A stretch of 31,804 nt of DNA from a bacterium (GTDB taxonomy: Bacteria; RBG-13-61-14; DATKZS01), in NCBI GenBank assembly GCA_046484135.1, contig JAWOBU010000272.1, forward strand, positions 1 through 31,804, in the 5' to 3' direction. Both the position numbers and the translations under genes were made by a program. The notes under the pieces were generated by a model, which had not been told where the DNA came from, made no database searches, and worked only from the letters and a program-made list of their open reading frames with translations. This document shows positions 1 to 8,334 of this stretch, piece after piece; position 1 is the first letter of the stretch; every line of letters begins with the position of its first letter.

Positions 1-194
1 CTCCCTTTATCGGCTGCCGGGTTACCCCGCCGTCCCGGCCTTGTATCCGGTTCCTGTTCGTCGGGTCTGCGTTTTGCCATCGGCTTCCTTCAGATTCCGC
101 CTCGCGGCGGAGACCCTTGCCTAGGCTGGCGGTTCCGCTCGTTACGGCCCGCAGGGTACTTCCACCCCCAACAAACGCGACATGCCTGGCATAC
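1..194 (-). mobile_element. Group II intron, class IIC, 5' end/domain I (continues beyond the left edge of the window)
   Basis: Minus strand from 194 reads GTATGCCAGGCATG...GGGTGGAAGTACC...AGCCTAGGCAAGGGTCTCCGCCGCGAGGCGGAATCTGAAGGAAGCCGATGGCAAA...GAACAGGAAC. This matches the recalled IIC domain I pattern (Oceanobacillus-type GUGUGCCCGGCAUGG...GCAAGGGUGUCC...GGAAUCUGAAGGAAGC..GGCAAA). It starts just after a terminator stem-loop, the known IIC target. No RT ORF is inside the window. Confidence 0.9.
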
Positions 195-227
195 AGAAAA
201 GAGGCGGCCGGTTAGGGCCGCCTCTTT
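195..227 (-). terminator. Rho-independent terminator of the porin-like gene; intron target site
   Basis: Perfect 12-bp inverted repeat AAAGAGGCGGCC (198-209) / GGCCGCCTCTTT (216-227) with a 6-nt loop. The minus strand ends in TTTTCT, and the hairpin starts 23 nt after the stop codon at 251. Confidence 0.9.
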
Positions 228-250
228 GGTGGGTTGGTTTTCAGGACCGA

Positions 251-1450
251 TTAAAAGAGGTCCAGCTCGAGGATAAGGGCGAGCTCGTCAGCGGCAGGCT
301 CGTAGTTCTCGAGGTCGCGCATGGTGTAGTTGAGTCCTACGGTGGTCTGCTCGTTGAGGAGATAGTTCACGCCCGCGGTAATGGCGGACTCTTCGTTGTA
401 GTCGGCCGGATCCAGGAGACCGCTTGCTGCATACTCTTCTTCGGTGTCGTAGTTCACTTGGTCGTAGCGGGCCACCACCTGGAACTGGTTCATGGTATAG
501 CCGGCCAGGAAGTACCAGCCGTTCTGGACCAGGTTCTCGTCATAGGCGTCTGCGCTGTCCTGGAAGTCAAAGGAGCTCTGGATATACTCGGCCGCGATCA
601 GGAGGTTGTTGGCCTCATAGGCGCCCTCGATGCCCCAGCGGGCGGCGCTGCCGTCCTTCGTGTCAGTTGCAGTTCCGGTAGGATTCATATCAGCGGAGGC
701 GTCCTCAGCATAGTACCAGCCGCCGAAGTGCATTCCTTCCTGGTCCACCGCTACCTTGGCCAGGATGCCCTTGTTCCGGTCTATGTCCATGTTGTTATTC
801 ATGGCATAAATTCCCACGTCGCCGTCATCTCCGCCCATGAACTGGTTTCCGTTGAATCCGCCGACCATGATCTTGGCCGGTCCTACATTGGCGGAAAGCA
901 TCATACCAGTCTGGTACATGGGAAGCGGTAACATGCCACTATTATATTCGCCTCCTGCGATTCCGGAGCCGTGAATCAGGGGATAGTTCACGGTGTGGAG
1001 CTTGCTCATCTGGTGGGGCGCCCAGGTCATGGACGTGGGCGGGATGAAGCGTCCGAAAGAGAGCGTCATCATGTCGGCCACGCCGATGTTGATCCGGGCG
1101 TCCAACAGAGTTCCGGTTACGTTGTTATTACCGCCCGTCAGAGCCTCACTCTGGGTTGCGGCAGTTGGTCCCATGAAAGCGAAGGCGTAGGAGATAAGCC
1201 AGTCTACGTTGTCTCCCACCTGTCCGCTCATTCCGAGTACTGCGAACTCGAGGTTCTGGGTGTCATACCCGTTCCAGTCCTGGGTCAGGTTGTCGTCATT
1301 GGTCCCGTCATCGGCTTCCGAGTACCGGTAGACGTAATCAATGTGTCCATGCAGGCTGATGTTTCCTGCGGCAGCTTCCACTTCCGCCGCGCTCCAGGCC
1401 GGCATGGCCAGAGCGACCATAAGAATTCCTGCGATCATTAACTTTTTCAT
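251..1450 (-). CDS. Outer-membrane beta-barrel porin-like protein (OprO/OprP-like or related putative porin)
   Basis: Sec signal peptide ([10 protein letters not shown]...PAWSA), amphipathic beta strands ([25 protein letters not shown]), C-terminal Phe (LELDLF), strong RBS AGGAGG. Confidence 0.75.
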   Translation of the reverse strand: MKKLMIAGILMVALAMPAWSAAEVEAAAGNISLHGHIDYVYRYSEADDGTNDDNLTQDWNGYDTQNLEFAVLGMSGQVGDNVDWLISYAFAFMGPTAATQSEALTGGNNNVTGTLLDARINIGVADMMTLSFGRFIPPTSMTWAPHQMSKLHTVNYPLIHGSGIAGGEYNSGMLPLPMYQTGMMLSANVGPAKIMVGGFNGNQFMGGDDGDVGIYAMNNNMDIDRNKGILAKVAVDQEGMHFGGWYYAEDASADMNPTGTATDTKDGSAARWGIEGAYEANNLLIAAEYIQSSFDFQDSADAYDENLVQNGWYFLAGYTMNQFQVVARYDQVNYDTEEEYAASGLLDPADYNEESAITAGVNYLLNEQTTVGLNYTMRDLENYEPAADELALILELDLF

Positions 1451-1719
1451 TGCCTTTCTCCTCCTAAGCTACAAGTTTTCTCTTGCGTTCTTCTGGTTTT
1501 TCACTACCCAGCTATTTTGATATTCCTGTCCATCTTCACAAATTCCGCTTTTTCAACTTTTTCGTTCCGCTTTGGTTTCTGATAGTCTTTTTGTCCGCTT
1601 CACCTCCTTTCTCGCTTCCTGTACTCTTTGATTCTGTCTTACCTGTTTCTTATAAATCCCTCTATTCTTTATTTTTGATAGAGCGCCTCCCCCCGAAGGC
1701 AAACTCTTAATTGCAGACT

Positions 1720-1748
1720 ATCTTAACAAGTTCCGGGGAAAAATTCAA
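1720..1748 (-). promoter_or_regulatory. Sigma70-type promoter of the porin gene
   Basis: TTGAAT (1748-1743), 17-bp spacer, TAAGAT (1725-1720), with an extended -10 TGn. Confidence 0.55.
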
Positions 1749-1790
1749 GTTTTTTCCGACAAAATAAAAACCGGGCCTGGCACGAGCTCC

Positions 1791-1820
1791 TTGTTTGGGC
1801 TCTGCCCCTGATAATATAAT
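1791..1820 (+). promoter_or_regulatory. Candidate sigma70 promoter of the beta-CASP RNase gene
   Basis: TTGTTT-N18-TATAAT (1815-1820), plus an overlapping TG-A-TAATAT extended -10. Confidence 0.4.
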
Positions 1821-1901
1821 CCGAAAATCCGGTTTGTCCAGCAGAAATTATCATGCTAGGCTTAAAAAGTCACGGTCCGGCGCGTCCCGGTTCCAAGCGG
1901 C

Positions 1902-3338
1902 ATGAAAAGGAGTTCAAAAGTAATGGGTATCAGTTTATGCGCGTACGGCGCCGCGGAGGAGGTTACCGGTTCCAAGCATCTTCTTTCTTTTCCGGGCGGC
2001 CGTGTTCTTCTGGACTGCGGGATGTTCCAGGGGTCCCGCAAAAAATCGTGGGAGAAGAACGAGAAGCTTGGCTTTGAGGCCAACTCCATAGACAGCGTTC
2101 TTTTGAGCCATGCCCACTTCGACCACTCGGGGGCCATACCCATACTCACGAAGAACGGCTTTACCGGCAACGTGTTCTGCACACCGGCGACGCGGGAGAT
2201 ATCGTCGCTCATCATGATGGACTCGGCGCACTTGCAGGCGCAGGACGTAGAGTTTCTGAACAAGAAGCAAGAGAGGAACGGCGCGGGCGGGAACTCTGCT
2301 CCGCTTACGCCCCACTACGACGAGTCTGAGGTCCTCTCGAGCCTGGACCATTTTGTAACCGTGTCCTACCACCGTGAGTTCTGGGCGGGCGATGGAGTAA
2401 AGGCCGAGTTTTACGATGCGGGCCATATCCTGGGTTCCGCGCTGGTGCGGCTCGAGCTTCGGGACGGTGACCGTACGGTGTCAGTCGGTTACACGGGCGA
2501 CCTGGGCAGGGAAGGCATGGCCATCATCCGGGACCCGGAGGTTTTGCCTCCGATTGACTACCTGGTTTTGGAGTCCACTTACGGCAACCGAGTTCACGAA
2601 GAGATGGACCAGGCCTTGGAGGAGCTTTCCGAGGTGGTAAACCGGGCGTGGAACAGAGGCGGCAAGGTGATCATACCTGCGTTCTCGGTGGGCCGCACCC
2701 AGGAGCTGGTATATCATCTCCATCTTCTTTACGACCGGAAACGGATACCCGACATCCCGGTTTACGTGGACTCGCCCATGGCAGTGAACGCGACCTCGAT
2801 CTTCCGGACCCACCCCGAGTGCTATGACAAGGAAACCAGGCAGGCGTTCCTCGAACATCACCGGAACCCGTTCGGGTTCGAGACGCTCCGGTTCATAACC
2901 TCTACCGACCAGTCCAAGAGCCTCAACAAGTCGGACGAGCCCATGATCATCATCTCGTCCTCCGGCATGTGCGAAGGCGGCCGAATACTGCACCACCTCA
3001 TTCATAACATTACCGACCCCAACAACGTCATCCTGATCGTGGGCTTCATGGCACAGCACACATTGGGCAGAAGGATTGCCGACCGGGAGTCCGAGATAAA
3101 AATCTTCGGCGACAAGTACCCGGTGCGGGCCCGGGTCAAGATCATAAACGCGTTCTCCGCGCACGCGGACTACAACGAAATCCGGGATTGGACGGGCAAG
3201 CTCTCGCAGAAGGACCTGAAAGGGGTGTTCCTGGTCCACGGCGAGCCGGAGGCCCAGGAGCACCTCGCGGGCGTTCTCAAGGAGGACGGTATTCGCCGGG
3301 TCGAGGTCCTGGAGTTCGGCAAAGAGGTCGAGCTTTAG
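1902..3338 (+). CDS. MBL-fold beta-CASP ribonuclease (YSH1/CPSF73-like bacterial family); true start may be ATG 1923
   Basis: Motifs LLDCG, SHAHFDH, AGHILGS, TGDLG, ESTYG, FSAHAD, VHGE. AGGAG lies 10 nt before ATG 1923. Confidence 0.9.
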   Translation: MKRSSKVMGISLCAYGAAEEVTGSKHLLSFPGGRVLLDCGMFQGSRKKSWEKNEKLGFEANSIDSVLLSHAHFDHSGAIPILTKNGFTGNVFCTPATREISSLIMMDSAHLQAQDVEFLNKKQERNGAGGNSAPLTPHYDESEVLSSLDHFVTVSYHREFWAGDGVKAEFYDAGHILGSALVRLELRDGDRTVSVGYTGDLGREGMAIIRDPEVLPPIDYLVLESTYGNRVHEEMDQALEELSEVVNRAWNRGGKVIIPAFSVGRTQELVYHLHLLYDRKRIPDIPVYVDSPMAVNATSIFRTHPECYDKETRQAFLEHHRNPFGFETLRFITSTDQSKSLNKSDEPMIIISSSGMCEGGRILHHLIHNITDPNNVILIVGFMAQHTLGRRIADRESEIKIFGDKYPVRARVKIINAFSAHADYNEIRDWTGKLSQKDLKGVFLVHGEPEAQEHLAGVLKEDGIRRVEVLEFGKEVEL

Positions 3339-3391
3339 TAGCTTGCCGGCAAAATTGTTGCCGGACCTGCCGGGAATTTATACTGAAAGTG

Positions 3392-4369
3392 CTAAGAGAC
3401 GGCTGTCTTGGCTGCGGACCAGCGGGCGGCCAGGAACACGGCGATTGCCGCCACCACTCCGGCAAGCGCGGCCTTGATTACGAGTGCGGAGGCCAGAGAT
3501 ATGCTTTGTAAGCCGGCGAGCGTCAATGCCCCCCATAAAAGGCCCGCGAGAACCGGGGCCATGGCAAGGTAAATCAGAATCCTTGAGATTGCGCCCGGGT
3601 GTTTTTTTAGAGGGGGAGAGGGGGGAAGAGCCCGTTTTTCCAGGACGTCGGCGGCGGCCTGGACGCCGGCGCCTATCGAGACCGCGACCGCGACAATGGC
3701 GCACATCACCAGAATCTCGGGCACGAACTCTTGTACGGAGACCAAAGGCTCCGGGTGGTGCGGTCCCTGGTGGAAAAGGATGTAGCCGATCCCGGCGTTT
3801 ATGATGACGTTGATAAGCGAGTTGCCGGAGACGTGCTCGATCAAGGCATACCTGCCGAAAGCAAGCGCCCCGGCCGGCTGGTGGGCGGCGTAGCGAATGA
3901 GCTCCCTTCCGGAAGAGAACCATGCGCACAAGGCGGCGCTGCCGCCGGCGGCGAGTCCCGCTGTCGCTGTCAAGGATATCCGGCCCGCTCCCTCCGGAAA
4001 CCCGACCAGGATGAGCACCACACCGGCCGCAGCAAAAGGCAGGGCCAACAGAGAGGCGAAAACCATGGGGACCAGCCACATGGGCCGTCTCGGGGGCGTT
4101 AGTTCGAGTCCCTTTTCCAGAGCGCCGGGGGGCAGCTCGATCTTTCCCTCCCGGTAGTCCTTCCGGGCCTGGTTGGGGCCGGTTACCGCGCCGATAATGC
4201 CGGTGAGAACCGGCGCAATTAAAACATAGACCGCAGCCGGGAACGGAGATACAGACCCGCCTTCCTCGAAGTAAGTAAACAACAGTCCGCCCGCCACCGC
4301 GGCGCCCGCCACGAGCCAGATCGTGCCCTGAACCAGCGCCATGAGCTTCCGATGGGATTTCAATTCCAT
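3392..4369 (-). CDS. Uncharacterised polytopic membrane protein (about 8 TM helices)
   Basis: Multiple Ala/Gly/Leu-rich hydrophobic segments. The ORF opens at 4408, but GGAGG precedes ATG 4369. Confidence 0.7.
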   Translation of the reverse strand: MELKSHRKLMALVQGTIWLVAGAAVAGGLLFTYFEEGGSVSPFPAAVYVLIAPVLTGIIGAVTGPNQARKDYREGKIELPPGALEKGLELTPPRRPMWLVPMVFASLLALPFAAAGVVLILVGFPEGAGRISLTATAGLAAGGSAALCAWFSSGRELIRYAAHQPAGALAFGRYALIEHVSGNSLINVIINAGIGYILFHQGPHHPEPLVSVQEFVPEILVMCAIVAVAVSIGAGVQAAADVLEKRALPPSPPLKKHPGAISRILIYLAMAPVLAGLLWGALTLAGLQSISLASALVIKAALAGVVAAIAVFLAARWSAAKTAVS

Positions 4370-4434
4370 GACCACCTCCGGGTAAGAAAACCGGGCAAGC
4401 GTCCCCATAATCAGGAGAGCATTGCCCCAAGTCT

Positions 4435-5850
4435 CTATTTGGTGCCGACCCCTCTTTTTTTGAGGAGGGCATACAGCCGGGAGCGGGAGAGGCCCGATAC
4501 CTGGCTGGCTTTTCTTACGTCTCCCCTGGTAAAGGACATGAGGTCCTGGAGGTACTTTTTTTCCACGTTGGCGAGCGCCGATTCCCGGACCTGGTTAAGG
4601 GACGGGAAGTTATGCGGGTTTTGCACGGGTTCCAGGGGGTTCTTTTGGGGTTCGCTTTTCTGGATGGCTGAGTTCCTGGCCATCTGGACCCGGATATAGG
4701 TGGGAAGGTGCTTGGGGTAGAGCACCGGTTCGAACTGGGCCGTGGCTATGGCCCTCTCCAGCGCGTTAATGAGCTCCCTTACGTTGCCGGGCCATTCATA
4801 GTCCTTTAAGTAACTCATGAACTCGGGGGAGTAGTCCTTTTTATCCACCGAGTATCTCTGGCAAATTTCGGCGAGGTAATACTCGACCAGGACCTCGATG
4901 TCCTCGGGCCGCTCCCGGAGCGGAGGCACCTCGATATGAAGCGAGCGGATGCGGAACAGGAGGTCTTCCCGGAACCCCCCGGCCCGGACCAGCTCGTCCA
5001 GGTCGCGGTTGGACGCGGCAATGATCCGGAAGTCGGACTTTACTTCGTTCGCTCCTCCCACCGGCCGGAAGCTTCCTTCCTCCAGAACGCGGAGAAAGGA
5101 CTTCTGCACCGGCAGGGGCAGCTCTCCTATTTCGTCCAGGAACAGGGTCCCTCCGTCCGCCTGCTTGATAAGACCTGTCTGGGAGCGGTCCGCGCCGGTA
5201 AAGGCCCCTTTTACGTGTCCGAACAAGGTGCTTTCCACCAGGGTCTCGGGCAGGGCCGCGCAGTCCACCACCACGAAGTCGCCGGCAGACCGCGGGCCGT
5301 TCACGTGAATGGCCCAGGCCACCAGCTCCTTGCCGGTGCCGGTCTCTCCTCCGACCAGCACGCTCACGTCGGAGTCGGAGGCCCTCTGCACCAGCTCGAG
5401 CACCGACTTTATATGTGCGCTGGTCCCTTTGATCTCCTGCAGGGTCTCGTGCTTTAGCTCCGTTCTCTGGTTTTCCGGCGCTTTCCTGGACCGGTACTGT
5501 AGAGCCCGGATGAGAGGCAGGATTATGGCCTGTTCGGAGGCAGACCTTTCACAGTAGTCCCATGCCCCCTGCTTGATGGCCGACTCCGCCTGGTTGGGGT
5601 CGGCCTCGTCCGAGATGATGATGACCTCCGGGCTCTGTGGCCTTTTTAAAAGCCGAGGAAGGACATCCACGCCCCGGCCGTCCGGCATCCGGTCGTTTAT
5701 GAACACCACGTCGAACTCCTCGGAGTCAAACCACTGCATGCCCTCGCTCAAGGTCTGGGACTTGGACACCTTGTGCCCGAGCTCCGCCACCTTAATGCAA
5801 AGCAGGTTCGCGTAATCGGCGTTCTTGTCTATGATAAGAACGTTCGCCAT
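4435..5850 (-). CDS. NtrC-family sigma54-dependent activator (atypical receiver-AAA+-Fis HTH)
   Basis: GETGTGKE Walker A, ESTLFGHVKGAFTGA, TLFLDEIG, FREDLLFR, WPGNVREL, C-terminal HTH (ASQVSGLSRSRLY). Confidence 0.93.
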   Translation of the reverse strand: MANVLIIDKNADYANLLCIKVAELGHKVSKSQTLSEGMQWFDSEEFDVVFINDRMPDGRGVDVLPRLLKRPQSPEVIIISDEADPNQAESAIKQGAWDYCERSASEQAIILPLIRALQYRSRKAPENQRTELKHETLQEIKGTSAHIKSVLELVQRASDSDVSVLVGGETGTGKELVAWAIHVNGPRSAGDFVVVDCAALPETLVESTLFGHVKGAFTGADRSQTGLIKQADGGTLFLDEIGELPLPVQKSFLRVLEEGSFRPVGGANEVKSDFRIIAASNRDLDELVRAGGFREDLLFRIRSLHIEVPPLRERPEDIEVLVEYYLAEICQRYSVDKKDYSPEFMSYLKDYEWPGNVRELINALERAIATAQFEPVLYPKHLPTYIRVQMARNSAIQKSEPQKNPLEPVQNPHNFPSLNQVRESALANVEKKYLQDLMSFTRGDVRKASQVSGLSRSRLYALLKKRGVGTK

Positions 5851-5983
5851 GCCATCTCTTTACTTTTGTATGAAGCTCTATAAAGCGCGGCAGGATTCCT
5901 TTTTCCGCCGGCCACGGCGTCATGCACCCTGCTTTTCCGGTCTGCTCAAAAAAGGTTCGCTCTTCCGGGGAAAAAGGAGAAAG

Positions 5984-6223
5984 TCATTCTTTCTCCACGT
6001 GGGATTCGATAAAGTCAATGGCGTCTTGGATGGTTACGATTTTTTCCAGGTCTTCGTCCGGCACTTCCAGGTCGAACTCGTCTTCCATCACCAGGACCAG
6101 CTCCCACAGGTCCATGGAGCTTATCCCCAGGTCGTCAATAAACTTGGCATCCGGCTTCAGACTGTCGGAGTCTACGTCCAGGTGTTCCAGAATCAGCTCG
6201 TACACGCGGTCCTTTATGGCCAT
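5984..6223 (-). CDS. acpP: Acyl carrier protein
   Basis: 79 aa, acidic. DDLGISSMD...ELVLVMEDEFDLEVPDEDLEKIVTIQDAIDFI, directly downstream of fabG. Confidence 0.88.
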   Translation of the reverse strand: MAIKDRVYELILEHLDVDSDSLKPDAKFIDDLGISSMDLWELVLVMEDEFDLEVPDEDLEKIVTIQDAIDFIESHVEKE

Positions 6224-6312
6224 AAGTGCGCCTCCACTTTTCGTTTGTCCGCTCGCAAGCCCGGCTTAAAAAACCGGCCTTCACCGGGCCTTTCAGGTAT
6301 TCTACAAGGCGA

Positions 6313-7062
6313 TCAGGCGAAAAACAACCCGCCGTTTACCTGGATGGTCTGGCCGGTTATATAGGCGGCCGCCGGCCCGGCCAGAAAGCTCACCAGCTCC
6401 GCCACCTCGGCGGGCTCGCCCGCCCGCTTCAGGGGGATGTGCTCGATGATCTGCGACCGGACGTCCTCGGACAGGGCCCGGGTCATGTCCGTGTCTATGT
6501 ATCCGGGAGCCACCGCGTTCACTGTAATCCCCAAGTGGGCGAGCTCGAGGGCCAGGCTCCGGGTGAGTCCTTCTATGCCGGCCTTGGCCGCCGAGTAGTT
6601 GGCCTGTCCCTCTCTGCCCAGCCTTGCCACCACGCTGGATACGTTGATAATGCGGCCCTCCTTCTGCCGGACCATGGTGCGCGTTGCCTGCCGGCAGCAG
6701 TTGAAACAACCGCCCAGGTTCACCTCAACCACCTTCCGCCACTGCTCGGGCTTCATCCGGGCCAGCACCTGGTCCCGGTTTACTCCCGCGTTGTTCACCA
6801 ACACGTGGATTCCTCCGTATGAGCTCTCCACCTCCTGGAAAGCCTCTTTAACCGCTTCGAAGTCGGAGATGTCCAGCTTCACGAAAGAAGCAGAACCGCC
6901 CTCGGACCGTATCCGCTCCTCGGTCCTGTCCCCCGCTTCCACGTCGGCAACCACCACGTGCGCGCCGTCCTCCGAAAGACGCAAAGCGATCGAGCCGCCT
7001 ATGCCCCGGCTGCCGCCGGTAACTACCGCCACCTTGCCCGCAAGCGCTCCGCTTTCGTTCAT
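6313..7062 (-). CDS. fabG: 3-oxoacyl-ACP reductase
   Basis: SDR motifs [30 protein letters not shown]. Start at 7062 overlaps the fabD stop (ATGA). Confidence 0.92.
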   Translation of the reverse strand: MNESGALAGKVAVVTGGSRGIGGSIALRLSEDGAHVVVADVEAGDRTEERIRSEGGSASFVKLDISDFEAVKEAFQEVESSYGGIHVLVNNAGVNRDQVLARMKPEQWRKVVEVNLGGCFNCCRQATRTMVRQKEGRIINVSSVVARLGREGQANYSAAKAGIEGLTRSLALELAHLGITVNAVAPGYIDTDMTRALSEDVRSQIIEHIPLKRAGEPAEVAELVSFLAGPAAAYITGQTIQVNGGLFFA

Positions 7063-7994
7063 GTCGTGATCCTCTGTTTGATGCCGTCCAGTTGGTCCGG
7101 CTCCATGAAACCAAGCACCGCGGCTTCCGGCAGGCACCGACTGATAAGTCCCGCCAGCACCCGGCCGGGCCCGGTTTCCACGTAAAGGTCCGTGCCTTGC
7201 CGGTCCATCTGTTCCACCGTCTGTCTCCAGAGGACCGGACCGGTGATCTGCCTTATCAGGTTATCCGCCACCCCCTCTCCGTGCGGATAGGGCCGGGCGT
7301 TCCAATTGGCCAGCACCGGAAACGATGGTTCAGAGAAATCTATGTCGGCAAGCAAGCTTTCCAACTCGCGCGCCGCGGGCTCCATGAGGCCGGTATGGAA
7401 AGGGCCGCTCACCTTGAGCTTCCTGACCCTGCCGCCCATGGACTTGATCCTTTCCGCGGCCCGGTCCACCGCGGGTGCGTGTCCGGAGATCACCACCTGG
7501 TCGGGCGCGTTGTCATTGGCCGCCTCAACCACGCCGGCTTGGGAGACCTCCCGGCAGGCGTCTTCGATCTGCTCCCGCGAAAGCTTCATGACCGCGGCCA
7601 TGGCCCCTTCTCCCGCGGGCACCGCCTTTTCCATGAGCCGGGCCCGCTCTTGCACTACCCGCACTGCGTCCGAAAGGGACATGACCTCCGCGGCAACAAG
7701 TGCAGTGTACTCTCCCACGCTGTGGCCGGCTGCCACAAGAGGTACTATGCCGGTTTCCGCTTCCAGTACCTTCCAGGCGGCGAGGCCGGCGGTAAGTACG
7801 CACGGCTGGGTGTACTCGGTAAGGGAGAGGGTCTCCGCCGGTCCTTTGAAACACAGCTTCCGAAGGTCCAGGGACACGGCCCGGGAGGCCTCTTCAAAAA
7901 CCTGGCGGGCCGCGGCAAACTCGCGGCAAAGGGACTCTCCCATGCCCACGAACTGGGAGCCCTGCCCCGGAAATACCAGTGCGGTGTCGCTCAT
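7059..7994 (-). CDS. fabD: Malonyl-CoA:ACP transacylase
   Basis: [35 protein letters not shown]. Confidence 0.95.
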   Translation of the reverse strand: MSDTALVFPGQGSQFVGMGESLCREFAAARQVFEEASRAVSLDLRKLCFKGPAETLSLTEYTQPCVLTAGLAAWKVLEAETGIVPLVAAGHSVGEYTALVAAEVMSLSDAVRVVQERARLMEKAVPAGEGAMAAVMKLSREQIEDACREVSQAGVVEAANDNAPDQVVISGHAPAVDRAAERIKSMGGRVRKLKVSGPFHTGLMEPAARELESLLADIDFSEPSFPVLANWNARPYPHGEGVADNLIRQITGPVLWRQTVEQMDRQGTDLYVETGPGRVLAGLISRCLPEAAVLGFMEPDQLDGIKQRITT

Positions 7995-8016
7995 GAGCCG
8001 GTGTCCGAAGTGCGTC

Positions 8017-8199
8017 TTATGTCTCTTTCACTTCCTTTATGGGCCTGCCTTTGTAGTGGCCGCAGTGGGGACACATCCGGTGGGGCAGGGCCGGCTCGCC
8101 GCAGTTCGAGCAGTTTATAACGTTGGGGGCCCGCAGAGAGTCGTGGGACCTGCGGGTCCCGACCCGCGACTTGGATTTCTTGCGCTTTGGTACCGCCAT
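8017..8199 (-). CDS. rpmF: 50S ribosomal protein L32 (zinc-binding C+ form)
   Basis: MAVPKRKKSKSR...CSNCGE...PHRMCPHCGHYKG, with RBS GAGGAG before ATG 8199. Confidence 0.96.
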   Translation of the reverse strand: MAVPKRKKSKSRVGTRRSHDSLRAPNVINCSNCGEPALPHRMCPHCGHYKGRPIKEVKET

Positions 8200-8334
8200 G
8201 TTTCGCTCCTCGTCAACAATAGTAATAAAACAGTACGATCCGGCTGAGCTCTCGGCTTCCGCCTCCCGCACGGTCCGGTTATTTTTCGGCTCGGATAGTC
8301 CGCGGGAAACGAAAGAAGAACTCTTGCCGGATGC

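Noticed and set aside
1483..1710. 75-aa Phe/Ser/Leu-rich plus-strand ORF
   Set aside because: By-product of the pyrimidine-rich strand of the porin leader; TTG start and no RBS.
1778..1795. TGGCACG as a possible sigma54 -24 box
   Set aside because: No TTGC/GC at the required -12 spacing (it reads TGGCACGAGCTCCTTG).
3346..3364. CCGGCAA/TTGCCGG hairpin between convergent genes
   Set aside because: No U-tract on either strand, so it cannot be called a terminator with confidence.
8200..8271. N-terminal extension of L32 in the ORF track (likewise fabG 7063-7137)
   Set aside because: The RBS, gene overlaps and family N-termini support the downstream starts at 8199 and 7062.
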